Of a stretch of DNA of 64,000 nt, positions 39,506 to 48,706 are shown piece after piece. The number at the start of each line of letters is the position of its first letter. Position 1 is the first letter of the stretch. The notes under the pieces are model-generated. The model was not told the origin of the DNA. It saw only the letters and a program-made list of their open reading frames with translations, and ran no database searches. Origin of the DNA: an archaeon (lineage in GTDB: Archaea; Nanobdellota; Nanobdellia; Woesearchaeales; UBA9642); contig JAGVGF010000003.1 in assembly GCA_020057295.1 (NCBI GenBank), positions 160,001-224,000 on the forward strand, written 5' to 3'. The position numbers and the translations under genes were made by a program.

Positions 39506-40249
39506 TCACCTGAATGATTTATAACCTTCTTTCTCTAGTTGATCAACAAGTTCTGTACCGCCTTTCTTGATTAGTTGACCATCAAGCATTATATATACAT
39601 GATCTGGCTTGATATAGTTTAACATTCTCTGGTAATGTGTAATAATTAGTATTGTTAAGTCTTTATTTTGTTCTTTTAGTGCGTTTACACTTTCACAAAC
39701 TTTCTTTAATGCATCAATATCTAATCCTGAATCTGTTTCATCTAGTATTGCAACTTTTGGTTCAAGCATTGCAAGTTGTAATATCTCCATTTTCTTCTTT
39801 TCTCCGCCAGAAAATCCTTCGTTAATATATCTTGATGCAAACTCTTTAGGAATATGTAATAATTCCATTTTTTCATTTAATTTTTTCATAAAATCTAATA
39901 ATCGAACTTGATTCTTTTTATCACGGCGTGCATTGATTGCAGTTCTTAAGAAGTTTGATATTGTAACTCCTGGTATTTCTACAGGGTTTTGAAACGATAA
40001 GAATAATCCTTTTTTAGATCTTTCATCAGCACCTTTATCGCTTATATCTTCGCCGTCTAATACTATGCTTCCAGAAGTTTCATATTTTGGATGTCCCATT
40101 AATCCGTTTGCGAATGTTGATTTTCCAGAACCATTAGGACCCATGATTACAGAGACTTCTCCTTTAGCCAATTCTAAATCTATTCCCTTGACAACTTCTT
40201 TACCTTCTATGCTTACGTGTATGTTTTTTAAATGTAATACATTATTCAT
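39506..40249 (-). CDS. sufC: Fe-S assembly ATPase SufC
   Basis: GPNGSGKST, FQNPVEIPG, NEGFSGGEKK, LDETDSGLDID, ITHYQR. Confidence 0.96.
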   Translation of the reverse strand: MNNVLHLKNIHVSIEGKEVVKGIDLELAKGEVSVIMGPNGSGKSTFANGLMGHPKYETSGSIVLDGEDISDKGADERSKKGLFLSFQNPVEIPGVTISNFLRTAINARRDKKNQVRLLDFMKKLNEKMELLHIPKEFASRYINEGFSGGEKKKMEILQLAMLEPKVAILDETDSGLDIDALKKVCESVNALKEQNKDLTILIITHYQRMLNYIKPDHVYIMLDGQLIKKGGTELVDQLEKEGYKSFR

Positions 40250-40266
40250 TTTATTACTCCATATTT

Positions 40267-40677
40267 TTAGATTTTCGGTTTCTCATTACTTATTTTTTTA
40301 GATTCGTATTCTATTACCCCTTTCTTTATAGTTACTAACGGTAACATTGCACACTTTATTCGTGCTGGTGTAAGTTTTAATCCTATAATCTTCAATAAAT
40401 CATCAGTATCCATCTTGTGTATATCTGACAATTTTTTACCAATCACTTCATCAGTTAATATTGAAGTTGATGCCATACATATTACACATCCTCTTCCTTC
40501 AAATTTGATATTTTTAATCGTGTCATGATTCTTTTCATCTAACTTAACATATATTTCTACTTCATCGCCACATGAAATGTTAATATCATGCTGATGAATG
40601 TCTGCATTCTTTATTTCTCCCTTATTATGAGGGTTTTTATAATGATCTAGTAAATATTCTCTGTATAATTCGTCCAT
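40267..40677 (-). CDS. sufU: SufU/IscU-type Fe-S scaffold or sulfur acceptor
   Basis: LDHYKNPHN, NISCGD, GCVICMAS, RIKCA. Confidence 0.92.
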   Translation of the reverse strand: MDELYREYLLDHYKNPHNKGEIKNADIHQHDINISCGDEVEIYVKLDEKNHDTIKNIKFEGRGCVICMASTSILTDEVIGKKLSDIHKMDTDDLLKIIGLKLTPARIKCAMLPLVTIKKGVIEYESKKISNEKPKI

Positions 40678-40694
40678 TTTTATCTCTCATAAAT

Positions 40695-41900
40695 TTAATT
40701 TCCGATTATTTTTATAGCGTTTTTAATACTTTCAACCAATTTATCGATATCTGCTTTAGTGTTGTAAAATGAAATGCTCAATCTCGATGTTGCTAATAGT
40801 CCTAATTTTTTCATTAATGGTTGTGCACAATGATGTCCTGCTCTTATGCAAACATTATGTTCATCACATATTGATGATAAATCATGAGGATGTACTTTAT
40901 CTAAGGTAAAACTTATTACAGGACCATAGGATACTTCTCTGTTGTTATGTCCTATGATTTTAACTTGTTTAATCTTTCTTAATTCTGTTAATGCATAATT
41001 TTTTAATGATTCTTCATATTGTAATAATTTTTTATAATTATTTTTGTTCAAATATTCTAATGCTTTACTGAATGCAACAATTCCTGGAGTGTCAATTGTT
41101 CCGGCTTCGAATTTTTCTGGAATATCTGCCCATGTTGTATCTTGTAATTCTACTTTATTGACCATATTTCCGCCATAATGGAATGGATGAATTTTTTCAA
41201 GTAAAAGCTTTTTTCCATAAACAACTCCTACTCCTGTAGGACCATAAACTTTATGCGCACTAAATACTAAAAAATCGACATCTAAATTTTTAACATCAAC
41301 AATATCATGTGCAATCAATTGTGTTGCATCAACAATTATTATTGCATTATTGTTTTTCTTTCTTATTTCTTTAACTATTTTTTTTATATCGATTTTTAAT
41401 CCTGTAACATTACTCATTCCAGTAAATGCCACAATTAAAGTATTTTCATCGACAGATTTAGACAGGTCTAATAGTTTCTGTGCTTTTGTATCATAATCTA
41501 TTACGCGGAACTCTGCTCCTGTTCTCTTTGCTAATTGTTGCCACGGAACAAAGTTGCTATGATGTTCGATAACTGTACTAACTATATTGTGTTCTTTAGT
41601 AATAACAAGTGTGCGTTCTATACTATTTGCTAAATTATTTAATCCTTCAGTTGTGTTTTTAACAAAAACTATTTCGTTGTAATCTGCATTGATGAATTTA
41701 GCAACAATTTTACGTGCATCTTCAAGTTTTAATGTTGCTTCTTCTGATAATGTATATAATCCACGATGTACATTCGAGTTATACTTTTCATAAAAATCTT
41801 TAATTGAATCAATAACTATCTTAGGTTTTTGTGTAGTTGCAGCATTATCTAAGTATGATATTTTACGATTCTGTAATATTGTAAAATCCTTTTCTAACAT
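40695..41900 (-). CDS. sufS: Cysteine desulfurase SufS
   Basis: YLDNAATTQKP, EHHSN, SAHKVYGPTG, RAGHHCAQP. Confidence 0.96.
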   Translation of the reverse strand: MLEKDFTILQNRKISYLDNAATTQKPKIVIDSIKDFYEKYNSNVHRGLYTLSEEATLKLEDARKIVAKFINADYNEIVFVKNTTEGLNNLANSIERTLVITKEHNIVSTVIEHHSNFVPWQQLAKRTGAEFRVIDYDTKAQKLLDLSKSVDENTLIVAFTGMSNVTGLKIDIKKIVKEIRKKNNNAIIIVDATQLIAHDIVDVKNLDVDFLVFSAHKVYGPTGVGVVYGKKLLLEKIHPFHYGGNMVNKVELQDTTWADIPEKFEAGTIDTPGIVAFSKALEYLNKNNYKKLLQYEESLKNYALTELRKIKQVKIIGHNNREVSYGPVISFTLDKVHPHDLSSICDEHNVCIRAGHHCAQPLMKKLGLLATSRLSISFYNTKADIDKLVESIKNAIKIIGN

Positions 41901-41941
41901 TTTTCTTTCCTTATCGTTTGCTTAATTTTTAATTATGCGAT

Positions 41942-43156
41942 TTATGCTATGATCTTAATTTTTATTTCTTCTCTAAGTTTTTCATCAGTGATATCGTTTA
42001 ATATTTTATCATAAAATCCTTCAATTAATATTTTTGAAGCTTCTTCTTTGCTTATTCCTCTGCTTTGTAGATAGAATATTTTATCTTCATCAAGTGTTGT
42101 AATTGTTGATCCGTGTGTACATTTTACTTCATTATTATGTATTTCTAAATCAGGTATAGATATTGCTCTGGATTTATCATCCAATAATATGGTTTCTGAT
42201 TTTTGATATCCGTTTGAGTTGAACGCATTTTCATTAATACGCACTAATCCTTGTATTATTGCTCTACTAGATCTTAATACGCATCTATTTTGCATTAATG
42301 ATTCAGTTCCTCTCCCAGTATGTTCAGAAATATTATATAAGGTATATTCAGAATCTTTGCCGCATATTATATTGCTCATTACTGATTTAGAATTTTCACC
42401 AAGTAACGTGTTATGTTGTTCTATCAGTGTTAATCTAGAATCTTTATCAATATTAATCCAGTTAGCATTAGATCCTATCCCTAAATTAAGTGTTTTTCTA
42501 CCATATACTATATCTCTTACATTCATATTTCTAAATTCTACAATATTACTTTTAGAATAATCATCAAGTATTATATCTGTAAAATCTGTTATTATACTAT
42601 TATGTGATTCATAATTTTCAGGATGTACGGTATTTATAGAAATGTTTACATTAACATTCTTGCCAATGAATAATATTAAGTGATTATAACTATTTCCTCT
42701 TACATTATTATCTATACGAAATGTTTCTTCCATGCTAAAGTTATCTTTAAAAATTATTACTTTAATATTTGATAATGCTGCATGAAGATAGTCTAGTTTG
42801 TTAAGTTTCTTAACTATTTTATTGCTGAATATGTTTAACGTGTTAAGTATCTTGTCCTTATGATTCTGATCAATATCTTTAGAATATATTAATTCGTGTA
42901 AATTTAATATTTTGATTCTATTATCTAGTAAGTCTTGATGTGTATGTTTAAATTCTGTTGTTCCTTCATTAAACACTGTATCATAATTAATGAATTCTAT
43001 ATCTGTCTTAATGTTTAGTCCGTGTGAAAGATTTTTTTGTATTCCTGTATTAAACTTTTCAAAAGCTTCAAGTCTTTCTTCATAGAATCCTCTATGTTTA
43101 ATCCTATTACTTAGTTCTTCAGATATATTTATTGAATTTTCTGTTAAACTGTTCAT
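41942..43156 (-). CDS. sufD: Fe-S assembly protein SufD
   Basis: Beta-helix C-terminus SIPDLEI..EVKCTHG, FYLQSRGI. Confidence 0.9.
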   Translation of the reverse strand: MNSLTENSINISEELSNRIKHRGFYEERLEAFEKFNTGIQKNLSHGLNIKTDIEFINYDTVFNEGTTEFKHTHQDLLDNRIKILNLHELIYSKDIDQNHKDKILNTLNIFSNKIVKKLNKLDYLHAALSNIKVIIFKDNFSMEETFRIDNNVRGNSYNHLILFIGKNVNVNISINTVHPENYESHNSIITDFTDIILDDYSKSNIVEFRNMNVRDIVYGRKTLNLGIGSNANWINIDKDSRLTLIEQHNTLLGENSKSVMSNIICGKDSEYTLYNISEHTGRGTESLMQNRCVLRSSRAIIQGLVRINENAFNSNGYQKSETILLDDKSRAISIPDLEIHNNEVKCTHGSTITTLDEDKIFYLQSRGISKEEASKILIEGFYDKILNDITDEKLREEIKIKIIA

Positions 43157-44541
43157 CCTAATGATCCTTCCATTTCTAATTCTATTAGTCTATTCATTTC
43201 TACAGCATATTCTAATGGTAATTCTTTTAGTAACGGTTCTATAAATCCAGAAACAATCATTTGTATAGCCTGTTCTTCGCTTAATCCCCTGCTTTTAAGA
43301 TAAAATATTTGATCTTCGCTGATCTTGCCAACACTTGCTTCATGGACTACATCAACATTTTCTTCTTCTACATCGATTGCTGGATATGTATTTGATTGTG
43401 ATTTATTATCAAACATCAATGCATCACACGTGACTGCACATTTACTATTTGTTGCGCCCCTTTTTATTTTAACTAGACCACGATATGCGGTTATTCCGCC
43501 ATTTTTACTTAAGCTTTTACTTTTGATAGTGCTTGTAGTATTATTTGCTAAATGATATACTTTAGCTCCCGTATCTTGATTTTGTCCATTGCCTGCATAT
43601 GCTATTGATATGTGGTCTGCTTTTGCTCCAGGTGCCATTAGCATGCTTGTTGGATATAACATTGTAACTCCACTTCCTAAATTTCCAGAAACCCATTCCA
43701 TCGTCGAGTTTTCTTCAACGATTGCTCGTTTAGTATTTAGATTAAACGTATTTTTAGACCAATTTTCGACAGAAGAATATCTCATTCTACCATTTTTATG
43801 TACAAACACTTCAACACATCCTGCATGAATACTGCTTGCATTGTAAAGAGGAGCACTACATCCTTCAATATAATGTACTTGTGCATCTTCATCAACAATT
43901 ATTAATGTATGTTCAAACTGTCCCATACTTTTTGTATTCATTCTGAAATATGCTTGTAACGGTAAATCGACATGTACTCCTTTTGGAATATAAATAAATG
44001 TTCCACCACTCCATACTGCGCCGTGCAACGCGGCAAACTTATGTAATTTTGAACTGACGCACTTGGTCATAAAATATTTTTTAACAAGTTCTGGATATTG
44101 TTGTACTGCAACATCCATATCTTCAAATATTACTCCTTGAGCTTTTAAGTCATCGCGAATTTTATGATATACGACTGAACTATCGTACTGTGCTCCTGCT
44201 CCAGCAAGTGATTTTCTTTCAGCTTCTGGAATTCCTAATCTCTCAAATGTATTCTTAATATTTTCTGGAACTTGATCCCATGAATCTGCATTACTTTTTG
44301 CGTCAGGCACTAAGAAGTATGTTATCTTGTTTAAGTCAAGTTTTTCAAGACTCGGACCCCATTCAGGCATTTTTAATTCATTAAATATTTTTAGTGAGTC
44401 TAATCTTTTCTGTAAAATCCAGTCCGGTTCATTTTTATATTTAGATATTTGTCTAACTATATTTTCGTTTAGTCCTGGAACTACTTCATACTTTGTTTCA
44501 ACATCATCATATTGATCGTATAGTTCTCTTGAGATTTCCAT
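43153..44541 (-). CDS. sufB: Fe-S assembly protein SufB
   Basis: LGIPEAE, AVWSGGTF, QFEHTLI, YIEGC, HEASVGKI, LPLEYAVE. Confidence 0.97.
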   Translation of the reverse strand: MEISRELYDQYDDVETKYEVVPGLNENIVRQISKYKNEPDWILQKRLDSLKIFNELKMPEWGPSLEKLDLNKITYFLVPDAKSNADSWDQVPENIKNTFERLGIPEAERKSLAGAGAQYDSSVVYHKIRDDLKAQGVIFEDMDVAVQQYPELVKKYFMTKCVSSKLHKFAALHGAVWSGGTFIYIPKGVHVDLPLQAYFRMNTKSMGQFEHTLIIVDEDAQVHYIEGCSAPLYNASSIHAGCVEVFVHKNGRMRYSSVENWSKNTFNLNTKRAIVEENSTMEWVSGNLGSGVTMLYPTSMLMAPGAKADHISIAYAGNGQNQDTGAKVYHLANNTTSTIKSKSLSKNGGITAYRGLVKIKRGATNSKCAVTCDALMFDNKSQSNTYPAIDVEEENVDVVHEASVGKISEDQIFYLKSRGLSEEQAIQMIVSGFIEPLLKELPLEYAVEMNRLIELEMEGSLG

Positions 44542-44542
44542 T

Positions 44543-44875
44543 TTATTTTAACACATTAGTATGAACGCGTTGGCTTCCTTCAATTTTCAAACAGTGCGGA
44601 CACATTTTTTGTGCATGCTTGTCCACAATTTCAAGTATTGGAACAATAGTTTCCTTGTTTAACGAATATACTCTCTGTTTTCCTGACCTTTTAACATGAA
44701 CTATTTTACATTCATATAATCTCTTTAACGAGTGGCTTACTTTGCTTTGTTCTAATTTTGTGCTCTCTGCTATCTCGCTCACATTCTGAGGTTTTTTTAG
44801 AAGTGAATTTATTATAGTCTGATTCGTAGGATTAGCTAATACTTGGAAAAACTCATTATATGACTGACAAAACAT
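44543..44875 (-). CDS. ArsR/SmtB-family regulator heading the suf operon
   Basis: FFQVLANP, NVSEIA..LEQSKVSHSL, GKQRVYSLN; C-terminal HAQKMCPHC. Confidence 0.9.
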   Translation of the reverse strand: MFCQSYNEFFQVLANPTNQTIINSLLKKPQNVSEIAESTKLEQSKVSHSLKRLYECKIVHVKRSGKQRVYSLNKETIVPILEIVDKHAQKMCPHCLKIEGSQRVHTNVLK

Positions 44876-44905
44876 ATGAAACAGTATTCATTTATCATTT
44901 ATAAA
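44872..44905 (-). promoter_or_regulatory. suf operon promoter: TATA box plus ArsR-type operator
   Basis: TTTATAAA (44898-44905) 30 nt upstream of ATG; inverted repeat ATGAA-acagta-TTCAT (44876-44891) over the start site. Confidence 0.6.
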
Positions 44906-44945
44906 TATTGCTAAGTATGCGCTATCTTATTTAGAATTAAAATAC

Positions 44946-45428
44946 TTAGCCTTTATATCCTGATTTTGATGGACCGTTATTATATGCTGCAACAGCAGGC
45001 ATTCTATCTGGTTTACGATCATAGCTAGCCGTGCTCTCTTCTGATTTTCCATATTGACTATTATTCCTGTCGTATTGACTTATTTCTTTCATTTTAAGGT
45101 TGGGATCTTGAGGTTCAACCTTTTGTGTGTTTACATCTATCTCAAACTTTTGTCCACATTGACATCCAGCTACAAATTTTTTACTATGCATATCATATTG
45201 TATTACATGTTGTTCTTCAGTCTTTTTTCCAACTTTTCTTTCGAATTCTGAAAGCTCTTCTGTAGAATCTATAGGAACCATCTTAGCATCTTTATGTCGG
45301 TTTGCATGTCTCTCCCATGCTGCAGAATCTTGCAACATTCCCTTAATCATCATTTCAAGTTCTTGCTCGCTAATGTTCATTCTACTATCTATTGTTCCAT
45401 CTTCCACTGCTTGCGTAAAGAATGTCAT
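44946..45428 (-). CDS. Hypothetical protein with a CxCG motif
   Basis: 160-aa ORF 11 nt downstream of hisS with GAGG RBS; FVAGCQCGQKF. Confidence 0.75.
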   Translation of the reverse strand: MTFFTQAVEDGTIDSRMNISEQELEMMIKGMLQDSAAWERHANRHKDAKMVPIDSTEELSEFERKVGKKTEEQHVIQYDMHSKKFVAGCQCGQKFEIDVNTQKVEPQDPNLKMKEISQYDRNNSQYGKSEESTASYDRKPDRMPAVAAYNNGPSKSGYKG

Positions 45429-45439
45429 TTTTCCTCTTT

Positions 45440-46744
45440 TTATTTTCTTTCTTGAATAACTAAATCATATACTTCATCTAATGTTACTAATTTTTCTACT
45501 CCTGTAATCATATTTTTTACTTTTAACTTCTGCTCTTTTAATTCTGCTTCACCTATAAATACGACAAAAGGTATCTTTAATGTATTAGCATAATCAAGAT
45601 TTTTACTTACTCCTCGATCCATTAAATCTATATCAACATTTAATCCTGACTCTCTAAGTTTGGTTGCTATAACTAACGATTCTTTAAATGTCTGTATCGG
45701 TATGATATATATTTCTGTAACTGTCTTTTTGATATTTGGATTAATAAGTTTTAATGCATCTGTTATCGGTTCTAATCCGAAACTTATTCCTACAGCAGGA
45801 TATTGTCTATTATTTTCTGCATACATTTGAATCATATTATCATATCTTCCGCCACCGCATATACTGCTTGTGACCTTGCTATCTCGCAAGAATCCTTCAA
45901 ATACTGTGCCTGTATAATAAGCTAAACCTCTTGCAAGAGTTATATTCAATTTTATTTTACCATGCTCTACAAACTTTAAGTAACCGAGTATATCTTTTAA
46001 TTCATTTAATCCTTCAACACCTATTGGTGATGTTACAATATTTGTTAGATTTTCAAGTATTTCATCGTTAGTTCCTTTAATTGTGAATACTTCTGACAAT
46101 TTTTCTATTGAATGTTTGTCTATGAATTTATCTACTAACTCTTTTTTTACAACATCTGTCCCGTACTTTGTGATTTTGTCTAATGATATTATTACTGTCT
46201 CACGTTTTTCAGGTTCTATGTTACAGTAATCCATTAATCCAAATAATAGTTTTCTATTATTTACTTCTAAATATGCATCTAATTCTAATTTTTTGAATAC
46301 TTCTAATGCTAATAATAATAACTCTGCATCTGATCTCATATTTGATGTTCCTGCAATGTCAACATCACATTGCCAGAATTCTCTATATCTACCAAGCTTT
46401 ATTGGTCCATCCCTAAAGACTCGGCCTATCTCGTATCTTTTGAATGGTATTTTGATATTAGGATTTAATGCTATAAATCTAGAGAATGGAACTGTTAAAT
46501 CAAACCTTAAACCTAGTTCTCTATTTCCTTGATCTGACATCTTAAATATTTCTTTAGCAGCATCACTTTCAGATCCAGCTGCAAATTTAGCTGTAAGAGT
46601 ATCTAAACGTTCTATAGAAGGAGTTTCTAGAGGAGAATAACCATAACTCTCGAAAACAGTCTTCAAACTACTAACTAACTTATCTCTTATTATCTTATCT
46701 TCTGGCGGAAAATCTCTAACGCCTTTAGCCATTTCAACTGTCAT
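45440..46744 (-). CDS. hisS: Histidine--tRNA ligase
   Basis: KGVRDF, LRFDLTVP, GRYREFWQCD, RGLAYYTG, GGGRYD. Confidence 0.97.
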   Translation of the reverse strand: MTVEMAKGVRDFPPEDKIIRDKLVSSLKTVFESYGYSPLETPSIERLDTLTAKFAAGSESDAAKEIFKMSDQGNRELGLRFDLTVPFSRFIALNPNIKIPFKRYEIGRVFRDGPIKLGRYREFWQCDVDIAGTSNMRSDAELLLLALEVFKKLELDAYLEVNNRKLLFGLMDYCNIEPEKRETVIISLDKITKYGTDVVKKELVDKFIDKHSIEKLSEVFTIKGTNDEILENLTNIVTSPIGVEGLNELKDILGYLKFVEHGKIKLNITLARGLAYYTGTVFEGFLRDSKVTSSICGGGRYDNMIQMYAENNRQYPAVGISFGLEPITDALKLINPNIKKTVTEIYIIPIQTFKESLVIATKLRESGLNVDIDLMDRGVSKNLDYANTLKIPFVVFIGEAELKEQKLKVKNMITGVEKLVTLDEVYDLVIQERK

Positions 46745-46788
46745 ATTATCACCCTGTTTATCTTCTTTAAATATTTAGTGGAATGTAG

Positions 46789-46896
46789 GGCGACTGCCGG
46801 GGATTGAACTCGGTCCTCAGGCTTTCTGCCTTGTATAGTCCACAAGCGTGAACTGTAATCCACAGGCCTGCATGCTACCATTACACAACAGTCGCC
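46789..46896 (-). tRNA. tRNA-His(GTG) with encoded G-1 and a 36-nt intron at 37/38
   Basis: G-1 GCGACTG...CAGTCGC C73; anticodon stem CAGGC/GCCTG; loop CT-GTG-G|intron|A; central helix CTGT:GCAG with an AA|A bulge; TTCAATC T-loop. Confidence 0.92.
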
Positions 46897-47137
46897 ATTG
46901 AGAATAATATAGATAAATCTAGAATAATTTTTTATTAAAAAATCAATAGAGAACAATCTAAGAATAACTTTACTTGTGATGAACTAAACCAGCTTGATTC
47001 AAGCTTTTGTCCTCGAATTTACTCATAATATAGGAATACATCTAAAGTATTTAATATTTTCTATTTTTAATCCGAAAAATATCTGATTATAAAAACAATC
47101 AACTTTAAATATGCTTTTCTTGTTCTGTAGAATACCT

Positions 47138-47253
47138 GGGTGTGTAGCGCAGCTTGGATAGCGCGACAGCCTTCTATTTGACTGCGTCTAATCCTTTTTG
47201 GACGCAACCAAAAAGTAAGCTGTAGGTCCGGGGTTCAAATCCCCGCACGCCCG
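47138..47253 (+). tRNA. tRNA-Arg(TCT) with a 41-nt intron (47177-47217) at 37/38
   Basis: GGGTGTG/CACGCCC acceptor, GCGC D-stem, ACAGC/GCTGT anticodon stem, CGGGG-TTCAAAT-CCCCG; TATA box at 47104. Confidence 0.93.
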
Positions 47254-47254
47254 T

Positions 47255-47911
47255 TTAATTTCCTCTTTCTAGAAGTTCTTTTATTATTTGTAAATCATAT
47301 TCTCTTATAGGATCTGGTGCTTTTGTTATTCTTTCTTCTGCTAGTTTTAATTCTCTGAAAAGTAACCGATTTTCTAATGGGACTCTTTCATTTCCTAGTG
47401 TTAGTGTTCTCCCTTTTCTTTCTATGTTGAGTACTACCGGAGTTTTGTGTGTGTAGGATATTGTACTTCCATCAATTTGATCGTATGGTTTTAAATCTAT
47501 AAGATGTGGAAAATCTTTTTTTTGTTTTGTTCCGAATATAAAATGATGTGCGAACGTACTCGAAATGTCTCTTTGTGTTGATTCATGAAATATGCCTAAA
47601 TACTTTGTTGATGATGTGTTTGTTAGCAAATCTCTTGTTAATGTTATGTATCCTTGATTTTTTAAACCAGCTATTAATCTATGAAAATCTCTACGATCAA
47701 AACTTATATCTATATCGCAATGATGTCTTGTTAGTTGCGGCATTTCTAAATCTATGCATAGTCCGCCTGCTACATACCAGTTTATATCTAATCTATTCAT
47801 TACGGACGCTACTTGTTCTACTTCGTCATACATGCGTTGTTGATAGATTGCGTTCGGAAGACTTAGTACTTTTTCTTTTTTAGAGTACAATTTAAAATGA
47901 TACTTCTTCAT
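47255..47911 (-). CDS. Nucleotidyltransferase, ANT(2'')/Lnu-like family
   Basis: WYVAGGLCID....TRHHCDIDI (GG...DxD) and a later IDL. Confidence 0.75.
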   Translation of the reverse strand: MKKYHFKLYSKKEKVLSLPNAIYQQRMYDEVEQVASVMNRLDINWYVAGGLCIDLEMPQLTRHHCDIDISFDRRDFHRLIAGLKNQGYITLTRDLLTNTSSTKYLGIFHESTQRDISSTFAHHFIFGTKQKKDFPHLIDLKPYDQIDGSTISYTHKTPVVLNIERKGRTLTLGNERVPLENRLLFRELKLAEERITKAPDPIREYDLQIIKELLERGN

Positions 47912-48046
47912 AGTAACTACAAAAGTGCTGTTTGTTTTATATAGTTTTTGTTTCCACTACATTTTTAAAGAACTTATTATTCTTTTTACAAAGTGCTTAA
48001 CCGAAGGTTAACACTTACTTTTGATGTGACTTTTTGTAAAAGGCAC

Positions 48047-48118
48047 GCGGGTATAGCCAAGCGGTAAGGCAGTCGCCTGCAGAGCGACCATGCATGGGTT
48101 CAAATCCCATTACCCGCT
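48047..48118 (+). tRNA. tRNA-Cys(GCA), intronless
   Basis: GCGGGTA/TACCCGC, GTCGC-CTGCAGA-GCGAC, ATGGG-TTCAAAT-CCCAT, U73. Confidence 0.95.
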
Positions 48119-48191
48119 ATCTTTTTTAAAAAAAAGATAGGACCAAAAAACCATAAGGACGATACAAGATCGTCCGAAGAACTTTTATTCT

Positions 48192-48617
48192 TTACTCAAA
48201 ATAATCTTCGTATGAGAAATTTCTTCTGAATGGTTCGTATGTACAATTGCCTTTTTGTAGGATTACTGCATCGTCTAAGAATTCTTTATATCTATTGATT
48301 AAATTTGTGCAATCTGTACATCTCTTGAAATCTGTTCCTATTTCTATGTCGAATTCTTTCTCATTTATTTTTATTAACTTGCTTGGTGTTGTGGCTTGTT
48401 CTTTGAAATATTTATGTATATTTTCTATGAATTTATTTTCGTTCATTGCATCTGATAATGTTATGTGTAGTATACATTTTTTTGGTGCACTAAAATTCAC
48501 AACTTCTTTTTTGATAAGAATACATTTAGCTTTCTTCATTCTATCTTCTGTTTCCTGCTTATGTTGTATCGTGCTGGCTGGTAGCTTTAAACTTCCATCG
48601 GGATTGAATTGCATCAT
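48192..48617 (-). CDS. Hypothetical protein with a CxxC motif
   Basis: MQFNPDGSLKLP...RCTDC...GNC; clean ORF with its own upstream TATA-like element. Confidence 0.75.
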   Translation of the reverse strand: MMQFNPDGSLKLPASTIQHKQETEDRMKKAKCILIKKEVVNFSAPKKCILHITLSDAMNENKFIENIHKYFKEQATTPSKLIKINEKEFDIEIGTDFKRCTDCTNLINRYKEFLDDAVILQKGNCTYEPFRRNFSYEDYFE

Positions 48618-48706
48618 ATTCCAACAAATTTAGATTCGTTTAAAAGATTTGTGATTAATTTAAAGTTATAACAATATTTAAATAACGTTGTGTTTAAAGT
48701 ATTCTT

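Noticed and set aside
46741-46956. 71-aa minus-strand ORF
   Set aside because: Reads through the tRNA-His gene; spurious.
46976-47030. GTGATGA C-box-like sequence between tRNAs as a possible C/D guide RNA
   Set aside because: No CTGA D box at a suitable distance and no terminal stem.
47138-48118. Integrated element at tRNA-Arg or tRNA-Cys
   Set aside because: No duplicated tRNA 3' end (att site) and no integrase seen in the window.
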